NCBI RefSeq assembly: GCF_021028975.2
Contig: NC_059428.1
Location: 151,962,001 to 152,026,000 of the forward strand
Reading direction: 5' to 3'
Source: Sphaerodactylus townsendi
Lineage: Eukaryota
Length of the DNA stretch: 64,000 nt
The first letter of the stretch is position 1. Every line of letters starts with the position of its first letter. The notes under the pieces are model-generated. The model searched no databases. It was not told the origin of the DNA and saw only the letters and a list, made by a program, of their open reading frames with translations. The position numbers and the translations under genes are program-made. Positions 42,501 through 52,150 of this stretch are shown here, piece by piece.

Positions 42501-45500
42501 GATTATTGCATGGATCAGAGACAAGACACCCAAAAAGACACCCTCAGCGTCCCTGCCCTCCCACTCCCTTGATACACTGGAACTCACCAGCAATCCCAAA
42601 ACTGTACGCTCCGATAGTGCCTGGAAGCTGGAACGGAGGGGGCCGGTACTTCTGGAAGAGAGGACCCCACTCAGTGAAGTTATTGTCCCCAAAGAAGTAC
42701 AGTGTTTCTGTGGAGAATGAGACGACATTAACCCTTTTGTAGGTGTTCTTTGCCACCTTAAAGATCAACAAATGAGATCCAATCAGATGTTGGGTTTAAA
42801 GTGTAAGAGCAGAACTTGGGAGACTCCAGTTCAAATGCCTGCACTACCAAGAGAGCTCACTGGGAGGCCTACCTCACAGGGTTGAGGTGAGGACAAAACA
42901 GGACAATGGAGAATGCTCTTCACCACTACACCACACTGGCTCTAGAAACAGCATCATTTGAGAAGAAGGAATGGCCAACTCACCACTCCCCAGAGAAGCT
43001 GTGTCCTGAGGTTCCAGCAATTGCTCCACATAATCCTGGAAGCGCAGGTCAACTGGAATGGGAACAGGGAGTGCTCAGCGAACACAGCAGCCGCTGAATC
43101 TCCCCCAAAGGCCGAGAGGCACTCTCAGTGACCCTTTTTTATCTTTGGAATCACTGGATTTCTCAGCCACTGTAAAGAATATTGTCTACAGTTGTTCCAC
43201 AGGCTGTAGTTCCAGGTGCTTATTTTCCTAATTCCTGGGAGAGTTGAAATTGACCAGGCCAGATTACAAGGGGCTTGTAGTCCCGTCAATTTCACTCTTC
43301 GGGGAAATAAAATAAATTATGTTCTTTATATAAATGTTCTTTATAGTAAATCCCAGAAGTGCTCATCCTTTCATTCACTTGGGGGCAAATGTCTTTGCAG
43401 ACTACTTGCCCCCTCCCAATCTCGTTGCCACCAGGAAAAGGACTGTCATGACCCCCCAAATGGCGTTCAACAGAACCCTGGTCTCTAAACATAGAGCCGC
43501 CACATCAATTGACAGACCCTGGCTGAACTTGCCTATCACTGCTAAATCCCTGCCCTCACCTTTGCGATAGGAATGGGTGTTGGCGGTGCTCAGGCGAACC
43601 AGCCGATCTCCGAACGTGGCCAACAGGTTCTCCTTAGTGCAATAAGTCTGAAATTCCTGCAAGCACAGAAGGAGATACAGGAATAGAATAAAGATTGGAA
43701 GAAAATGACCTCCAACTGTCAAATCCTGGGGGCTGCCAATAGCCAGGGAGGGAAGGCTTGGGGCTCCATGTAAGTTTCAGAGGGAAATCTGACTGCTTGC
43801 TGTTGGGACACAGGATACTACATTTGACTTCTCATCTGGCTTAGCAATAGCTTCGCAGCTACTTCTGGAGAGGAAGTGCTCTGAAAGAGGTTTAGTCTAC
43901 TTATATCCCATCTAGGTACATACTCTTGGCACAGGTTGTAGAATAGTGGGTAGTCACCAAGTAATGGTGGGTAGTCACCAAATACTGATGGTTAAAAGAC
44001 AGATTGGAAAGTTTTCTATTTTTTATTAAAGAAGTGTGGTGTTTTTTTTTAAAGTTTCCTTTCTTGGGTCACCTGCAGATCCAATAACATCCTCAAAGAC
44101 AGTGACACCCACACATCAAAGCTGGATCTCAGTGGGCGTCGCAGGTGGAAGATCCCTGGTTTGGATTGTGCCACTTCAAGTAGCAGATGCCGGGAAAGCC
44201 CTTTCCCCGCCCAAGACCTTGGAAAACTTCTGCTGGCTGGAACATACTAGATCAGGGATGGCCAACCTATGGTGCTCCAGATGTTCATGGACTACAATTC
44301 CCATCAGCCCCTGCAAGCATGGTCAATTGGTTCATGGGCATCTGGAGAACCATAGGTTGGCCACCCCATACAAGATAGACCAATGGTGTGCCTCGATACA
44401 AGGGAGTTTCATATGTCCATACCAAACCACCAGGTTGCTCACCCCTGCCGGTCCCAGCCTCATTTAACCTAAAACGACAGTATTGGGATACTTACCGTAT
44501 TGTCGGTTATTCCTTGGAGAATAACTGGTCTGGAGAAGGCATACCTGGGAATTTAAGAAGAAATCCACAGTGCTATATAATACATGACAACAGTGAATTC
44601 CTAACTTGTGCTCCTTCGCAGCGCTCAGCCCTCCTGTCCTCTAGAGGGCATGTGTACACTGCCACTTTCAGGTAGAGGCATGAGTGCTAACCAGGTGGGG
44701 GTACACGTGGGGACACCTACAGAGCATTGTTTTTAATCCAAACCTTCATCCAAAGAGCTCAGGGTGACATTTACTGGCATCTCCCTGCCTAACTTACCAC
44801 ACAAAAGTACTTGTGAGGACAACATGCAGAACCAGATGCACTACCTTAAGCGCCTTGAAAGAAGAAGAAGAAGAAGAAGAAGAAGAAGAAGAAGAAGAAG
44901 AAGAAGAAGAGTTGGATTTATATCCCCCCTTTCTCTCCTGCAATGAGACTCAAACTCCTTTCCCTTCCCCCCTCACAACAAGCACCCGTGAGGTAGGTGG
45001 GGCTGAGAGAGCTCCAAAGAACTGTGACTAGCCCAAGGTCACCCAGGTGGCGTGTGTGGGAGTGCACAAGCTAATCTGAATTCCCCAGATAAGCCTCCAC
45101 AGCTCAGGTGGCAGAGCGGGGAATCAAACCCAGTTCCTCCAGATTTGGGCGTCTTAATTGATAGTTCCATGGGAATGTCAACTCAATGTATGGCAGCTGT
45201 GAAAAAGGCAAACTTCCATGCTAGGAAAGGATAGGATAAGGAAAAAGGAATAAAACTGCAAAGCTAGTCAGAACTCTGCAAAGACATTAGTCCTCACACT
45301 TATAAAGCACTGTGTGGGTGCACACACTCTGGAGAGTACTGTGTTCAAGGCCCCACAATTAAGCATCCTCAAAAAGACATCAAGAGATAGGAAAAAGCAG
45401 AGAAGGGCAACGAGGATGATTGAGGGACTGGAGCAACCTTCCTTATGAGGAAAGGCTGCATTTCTGGGGACATCAATTTAGTTTGGAGAGGAGACGCCCT

Positions 45501-47274
45501 TGAGCAGGGCAGATGATGTGAAGCACACATAAAATTATGCATGGGGTAGATAAATGCTGACAGAGGAAATTTTCTCTCTCTTTCTCACAGATACTAGAAC
45601 CAGGGGCATTCAGTGAAAAATGCTGTGGAAGAATTAGAACTAATACCCCAAGGAGGAAAGCACTTCTTCAATAAAAAAAGGGGGATTGGTACTTGGAATA
45701 TGCTGCCACAGGAGGTGGTGATGGGCTACATTAAGCACTAACTCTGATAGCTTCTTGCAAGGGCTTGACAGATTTTATGGAGGAGAAGTCAATTTCTTTA
45801 TGGCTACAAAAATCTTGATACTCTTTGATTTGGATTACAAGATCCTTGTATAATAGCAAGGGGCAACTGTCTAAATGGAGAGACGGTTAACAGTCCCCAT
45901 GATTCTTACCCAATAAGCATACTCGGCCCCAGCTGATAAATAACAGATACACAGGACAAGATGGACTCTGAGTTCGATAAGTCGGCTTGTTCTGGAAGTG
46001 GTTCTATTAGAGTACACCTCTAGGGCAACCTTCCCAACTTAAACCTGGTCAATGAACTCTGGGCATTATAGGTGATGCACTGTGGGCGCATCTCTCTTTC
46101 CTTCCACTGAGCACATGCAAGAGTAAGTGCATTTCTACTTCCAGTATAGCTGGAGGTGCTTGCCAGGGCAGAGATGTGGAGAGCACATATTGGTGATACA
46201 ACAAGCTTTACCCTCATAGATTAAAAATCCAGTGTGTGTGGAGGTCAAACATACCCCAAAAGCAGTAACCTAAAACAGGGAAGGAAAACACATCTGAAAT
46301 ACAGCCTGGTGAACTTTGGTTTGTTTTTGGTAGTCATGAAGCTTTGATACGTTAAGGCCAGTTAATCTAATTTATGCCTAAATAACATTTAAAAAAACCC
46401 TGCAGTCTGGACTATACAAATTTGGAACAGCAGGTGGAAGATGAGGGGGGCTTAAAATGTTCTCTTCTAGGAAAAAGAGGAATTTCCTGCAACCTAAAAC
46501 AGGGAAGGAAAACACATCTGAAAGGAGAAGGCTCGGGGTAAAACCTTCTTTATCAGTCAAGGCAGCTTGATAATGCTAAGGCCAGTTTTTACTTTATGCG
46601 CCTAAGTAATTTTGTAAAAAACTGTAAACTGGGCACTATTCAAATTCATGGAACTACAGGTGGAAGATGAGGGGCTACAAGTTTCCCTCTTCATACAAGA
46701 GAATTCCCTGCATGGGTGAAAACCAGAAAGGAGAAGGCTCGGGGTAAAACCTTCTTTATCACAATGATGTTTTTACTTAGCAAGTAATTTTGTAAAAAAA
46801 TTGTAAACTGGCACATTCATTCATGAACCACAGACAAGTTTCCCTCTTCATACATTAATGGCTGTAATGAGGAAGGCTACACAGAATGAGATTTCTGAGA
46901 CCGGGCCTTCTAGGCCAGCCAAGCAGAGAGTGAAAACCGGCCTTTCTAGGCTCGGGAGGGGACAGGCATAGCAGCTCTATGGCGCACTGAACCAGAACCG
47001 GAGAGATCCCAAGTTCAAATCTGCTCTGTGCCACAAAGCTTGCTGGTTGATGTCGGGCCAGCCAATCTCTCTCAGTGCCACATAGCTCAAAGAGCTGTCG
47101 AAAGGATAACAGGCATAGAGAAGTTGGGCTTTCTGGGGAGAAAAGATGGGATGAAACCAACTTTTGGTCCACTTACCAGCCTCCATCTGATTCCAGGGAT
47201 GCCAAAACTCCAGGAAATACCAGGAAATTCTTCAATATCAGCAACAACAGGAAGAATGGGTTTCTCAGGCCCAT
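39540..47274 (-). CDS. JMJD8: JmjC domain-containing protein 8, signal-peptide bearing; exon 2 unreadable in frame in this assembly
   Basis: Exons 47177-47274 (MGLRNPFFLLLLILKNFLVFPGVLASLESDGGW), about 46045-46165 (garbled), 44496-44544 (YAFSRPVILQGITDNT), 43560-43656, 42984-43052, 42588-42707 (TLYFFGDNNFTEW), 41997-42064 (GSGVPFHWHGPGYSEV), 41202-41336 and 39540-39620 (VLFFPDRWWHATLNLDTSVFISTFLG*). Confidence 0.93.
39794..40090 (+). mobile_element. Squam3-type SINE
   Basis: Full-length copy in the last JMJD8 intron. Confidence 0.85.
40609..40910 (-). mobile_element. Squam3-type SINE
   Basis: Full-length copy, inverted relative to 39794-40090. Confidence 0.85.
41569..41845 (-). mobile_element. 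Squam3-type SINE with an internal deletion
   Basis: Body matches the other copies; the head end is duplicated. Confidence 0.8.
42292..42424. mobile_element. PIF/Harbinger-like MITE, same family as 12160-12289
   Basis: TIR GGCCCCTTCC with 3-bp TSD TGA/TGA. Confidence 0.75.
44857..45143 (-). mobile_element. Squam3-type SINE with a long (GAA)n tail; head truncated at a junction with CR1
   Basis: About 17 GAA repeats at 44857-44910; abrupt switch to CR1-like sequence at about 45143. Confidence 0.85.
45144..45850 (+). mobile_element. CR1 LINE 3' fragment, heavily indel-corrupted
   Basis: Recognisable CR1 motifs (CAAAVKKAN, PYEERL, WNMLPQEVV) broken by many small insertions. Confidence 0.7.
46265..46855. 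repeat. About 2.5-3 imperfect copies of a roughly 230-bp unit
   Basis: AACCTAAAACAGGGAAGGAAAACACATCTGAAA at about 46267 and 46491; AAAGGAGAAGGCTCGGGGTAAAACCTTCTTTATCA at about 46521 and 46727; the copies differ mostly by indels. Confidence 0.75.
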
Positions 47275-48486
47275 TTGTTCCAAGATCCTACATGATGGGA
47301 TAACACAAAAGGATAACTTTCAAGTACAGGTAACAACGATCACCAAAAAGAGATATCTTCTTGCATAAAAGGCTTCAAAACCCAAGTGCTCAGCCGCATC
47401 TGAAAATTTATAGATATTGTCTGGAACTCTCTGATAAAATATCTGTACATCAACCCAGCCAATATTAGTCACGTTGCAAATAATTTAGAAAATACAAACT
47501 CTATTATGCTGCTTTTTTTCTTTCTTTTCATTACGTGTAGGTATACATATAATATGCATGTATTGTAATAGATTAGTACAGAAAATTTACTATATTTCTA
47601 GATTTTGAAGATATTGTAACCCAAATATTCTTTTTTCTTCTTCTATTTCTTTTTTGCGGATAAAGAAAACACCCGCTCTTGGCTTAAATGGCGTACTTAG
47701 AAATCAGCGTAACAAAGGAGAAGTCTCTTTTCTCAAAATTTGCACTTTTTCTTGCAATATCAACATGAACGATAATGTATTTTCTTTTAACTTTTTTCAA
47801 TAAAGTATTAAAAAAATTGCAGAGCTTGGCAGAGGGAGGAAGGTTAGACAGTAGAGACAAGGGATGTATGATACTTGAATCTGGATAAAGTTGTCTTCTG
47901 GGGAAGAGACAAGCCTGGCCAAGACTAACAAACGCAACGTCAAGCAAGGAAAGAACCAATAATAATATAGATACTGTATATTGATGAACACTGTAACATC
48001 AACAATATTCTTCTAAACCGTATATCTATAGTGTGCAATTAAAGCAATAGTAGTGACAGAACTAGTACATAATAGAGTACAGGTGCAAATCATGAACGCG
48101 CAGCCATATTATGAAGACAACCCAAAAGTCCGGCAGGTGTAAACGATGAATGATTAAACCACAGAATCTTCTTCCAAGAAGTCTTATGTTTTGGAAGTGG
48201 TGACTGGCAAGGGATGGCTGACAGTACTCACAAACGGTCTGCAATATCAACCGGCTTGTAAACCCTCAAAAAAGGTGCAAATGTACTTATAACCAAGAAG
48301 ACTGTAAATTCCAACAGCAAAACACCTGCACGCTGAAAAGCGTTTTTGACAAGAATTTTATGTTCATTATGTTTTCATTATGTTCATTATGTTCTGTATG
48401 TTCTGTAAATATGAATTTCTGTATGTTCGGTATGTTCTGTAAATATGAATTATGAAAACATAATGAACATAATGAAAAGAACACCC

Positions 48487-48905
48487 ATAGAATCATAGAG
48501 TTGGAAAAGACCCCAAGGGCCATCAAGTCCAACTCCCTGCAATGCAGGAACACATAATCAAAGCACTCCTGACATATGGCCATCCAGCCTCCCTTTAAAA
48601 ACCTTCAAAAAAGAAGACTCCACCACTCTCCGAGGTAGTGCATTCCACTGTCGAACGGCCCTTACCGTCATGTGGAATCCCTTTTCCTTCACCTTGAACC
48701 CATTACTCCTGGTTCCAGTCTCTGGAGCAGCAGAAAACAAGCTTGCTCCCTCACTGAAATGACATCCCTTCAAATATCTAAACATGGTTATCATGTCCCC
48801 CCTTAACCTTCGCTTCTCCAGACTAAACATCCCCAGCTCCCTAAGTCTCTCCTCGTAGGGCATAAATTCCAGACCTTTTACCATTTTTGTTGACCTCTTC
48901 TGGAC
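48487..48905 (-). mobile_element. CR1 LINE 3' end
   Basis: ORF 48558-48884 encodes YEERLRELGMFSLEKRRLRGDMI...VRQWNALP; ATTCTATG terminal repeats. Confidence 0.88.
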
Positions 48906-49255
48906 CCTGTAAACTAGGGTCTAAGGTGGAGTGTGAGGTTGTACCTAGCCTAAACCACTTCTGACTTGCATGGCTAAATGTTCCTCCTCTTTTTAAAAAA
49001 GTTCCTTGCAGGCTGAAACTCAGTGCTTAAAATTAAAGGCTGGGCAAAAAAGCCCTCTTCTTGCTTTTCTAACAGCAGGGATTCCTTCCCACTTGGAGCC
49101 TGAAACCCTCCGCCCCAGAAACGGGGCTGCTGATACTCTCTGAAAAGAGGATTCCAAGTGGATCATCTGCCCAAGACTCTCTAGCTCTTTAATGTTACTC
49201 GTAATGTACGCGGGAGCACAGTTATGCAACGCGAGGAAGCCCATGAGTCACATCT

Positions 49256-49356
49256 GCAAATTTAGGACATAGATTAGAGAATCTGCTGGCAAATTTAGGA
49301 CATAGATCAGAGAATCTGCTGGCAAATTTAGGACATAGATCAGAGAATCTGCTGGC
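49256..49356. repeat. 33-bp tandem repeat, three copies
   Basis: Unit GCAAATTTAGGACATAGATCAGAGAATCTGCTG. Confidence 0.9.
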
Positions 49357-49578
49357 ACAGAAGGCAGACAGATCAACTGGAGCCCAGAACTACATAGAGC
49401 AGTTCTCCCTAATCTCCAGTGAAAGAAGATGCTGGCCATACCTTTATCCACACCCACAGGCATTCCCAGCTTTGCATCTTAGGCTGTTTTACTCACTGGA
49501 TCTGAGTAGGGGATGGTTTCGGAGGATTAGGGAGACCTTCAAGTTTCCTGCAGCAACCCCACTCTACCCCCCCCCCTC

Positions 49579-49916
49579 GGACTGCAATTCTCAGCATTCT
49601 GGGAATTGCAGTCCAAACATCTCACCTGTGTCTAGGAAACAGCCTCACAGTGAAAACTTCCAAAAGCATCCACCCCGGCGCCAGCACGCTTTGAAATTTC
49701 TCCAGGCAGCCGGCCAGCCGCTTTCCGAGCCAGGAGGTTTCAAATTTCCAGGCACCCTTCCTGGAACTGCAACGCTTTGAGGACTACACTACCCAGCAGG
49801 CACAGGGCACGAACAGCAGCAGGCCTGGTATCTAGAGAACAAAGAGGAAGGGATGTCAAAAGCCACGGTTGCTATTGGTTACAAGGGCGGGAGACTGCTG
49901 TACCCAGAATGCACTG
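49579..49916 (-). promoter_or_regulatory. Probable JMJD8 promoter and upstream first exon (donor at 49626/49625)
   Basis: Local CpG enrichment. ZNF143/SBS-like motifs at 49590-49614 (minus-strand ACTGCAATTCCCAGAATGC), 49783-49803 and 49901-49916 (TACCCAGAATGCACTG). CCAAT box at 49874-49878, GC box at 49885-49891, consensus donor CAG|GTGAG. Confidence 0.65.
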
Positions 49917-52127
49917 CTGCTGGTGGAACATGAGTTCAGGGTTTGCAGGATTTAATGCAGTTCTGCAGAGCCTGTAAGACAGAGCGGTGTCACCAGGCGT
50001 AAGCTTGAGGCAGCGCTACCATCTTCAGCCTCCCCCCAATCCCCCCCCCCCCCACTCCCTCTACTAGGGATATTTTTATCATCCTCCCCCTCTTTTAAGA
50101 TGGTTTGAACTCACTGGAAATGGGATATTTTGCCATCCTAGCTTAGTGGTGTCAAGAAGCACAGCTTTTAAATTGGATTATCTTTCTTGCTCCACAGTTT
50201 GTTTTGCAGTGATGGTATTACAATTTCATGAACGGCTTGTGAACCTCCTTGAGCCGGAAAGGGGAGGGGCAGCATAGAAAAGTAATAAAATAAATAAGTA
50301 AATATTGATATGCATATGTAGATTTCTGTGGTGTTTATATTGCTATTTCTGTGTGACCCACTTGGATGCTTCGTGCCTTCCCCTCTCCCGATTTGCTGTG
50401 GGGTGAAGGGAATGTTAGCAGCTACGGCTCTTCTCCCTCCTAGATGAGCCGAACAGGTCATTTTCTTTGGCTACATCAATTTCAACTGAACAAAGTGCTC
50501 TGTCACTCTGTGTACCTCCCACAAAGTTCTTATCAGCACTATGGTATCTTGGGGGTGGGGGAGAACACTGCGGAGCTTTCAGATTGTAGAAAGGAGACCC
50601 CTAAGAACATAAGAAAGAGCCTGCTGGATCAGACCAGAGTCCATCTAGTCCAGCACTCTGCTACTCACAGTGGCCCACCAGATGCCTCTGGGAACTCACG
50701 TGCAGGGTGTGAAAGCAATGGCCTTCTGCTGCTCCTGAGCACCTGCTGCTGCTGCTGCTGCTCCTGAGCAGCAGCCTACAGGGATCCCCCCCCCCCATCA
50801 AGTCACATCTGACTTACAGCCACCCCTGGTGGAATTTTCGAGGCAAGAGAAGTCCAGAGGTCATTTGTCATTGCCAGCCTCTCTGTCGCAGCCCTGGCAT
50901 TCCTTGGAGGTCACCCATCCAAATAGTAGCCATGGTCAAGACTGAGAGTGTGTGACTGGTCCAAGGTTATCCAGAAAGATTCCACGGCAGAGTGGGGATT
51001 CGAACCTGACTTTCCCGGCTCCCGCTCCGTCTCTTAAAGAGGATGCACGCCTACTTTTAAATGTTTAGTATTCCAACAAATTTCATGCATATTCTTCTAT
51101 GGAAGAAATCAGCCAGCTTTCTCAAAAGCGTGGCCTTCATCCAGACCAGAACTAGGTATGAATTTGGATGCGTTCATCACAGGAGGAAGTGTGGACAAAC
51201 ATTTCAAGAGTGCAATTGGAGATGGAATGCTTTAAGTGCCAGTGGAAGACAGTGTAAGACTGGGAGGGAAAAAACTTGCCTTGTGATGCCATCATTGAGC
51301 AGTATCCTACTAAAATGGAAGGAGGGGGAGATGCCCTGGCGTAGCAGCTATACGTCCTTCAAAATATCTCCTACCTGCCTATTAGAAAAGCTTAGCTCTC
51401 GGTAACTTGCTGGAAGTAAAGTGGCACAGTTTCTTGACTCCTTGTTTTAAAAGACACATCCTTCTGGAAAGAAGTGACATGGTTAACTTTTCCTTTACTT
51501 ACACAAAATTGCAATTAAGAGAAATCTATAAAGAAAATCACAAAATTACAAATTTGTCTTGTGGAACATCTAGGAAAGATAGTTGTTTCACATAGATGGC
51601 TGCAGTTATCTCGAGCCTGAACAATAAGAAATGCAAAAATGAGTACTCTGGATGAGTGAAGTTTTATTGGATCCACTTCTTTCAATGCAGGATTGAACAA
51701 GCTTACTACTCATACAGGGTTCTTCATCAGAAAGACCAGAAGAACAGTGATATCCTCTGGTGTATATATACACATAGCAAGATTGATTTACAAGAAACAT
51801 TTGCCTCTCAGACAGCAGCCTTAGCATACCAATTGGTGTTTCTGAATATCTCAAGAACATTCCTTTTGAAACAGGACTGCAACAGCAGACGCAAAGTAAT
51901 CCTAGCTCTGAATCCTTGTCACAATTTCATTAACGCCTTTAGATCCCCCTGGATCTAGGGCTATCTGTGGAAATAGGAGAAAAGAACGAATAAACAAGGT
52001 CCTGGGGTGAGGGAAGGACATATGCCTTTTGTGCACATCATGAGGGCCACTCTCAGGGTTATATTTGGAAAGTGGGGTGGGGAAAAAAGCAGAATGCACC
52101 TGTGAGTACAGTTCTTGCTTAGAGGGC

Positions 52128-52133
52128 TTTATT
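52128..52133 (-). terminator. Probable KLHL10 polyadenylation signal (very short 3' UTR)
   Basis: Minus-strand AATAAA beginning 17 nt after the stop codon. Confidence 0.5.
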
Positions 52134-52150
52134 AAGTCAAGCAGAACTTT

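Noticed and set aside
44813-45031. Poly-Glu and poly-Arg ORFs (also 63008-63217)
   Set aside because: Translations of (GAA)n SINE tails.
39540-47274. JMJD8 as a pseudogene
   Set aside because: Eight exons are intact with canonical splice sites; the damage is confined to a block where neighbouring repeats are equally corrupted.
47300-48480. AT-rich stretch considered as a viral insert or L1 fragment
   Set aside because: No recognisable coding motif or long ORF; possibly old LINE 3' ends, but I cannot support a call.
51656-51958. 100-aa plus-strand ORF with an acceptor-like site between JMJD8 and KLHL10
   Set aside because: No recognisable homology, partner exons or true ATG start.
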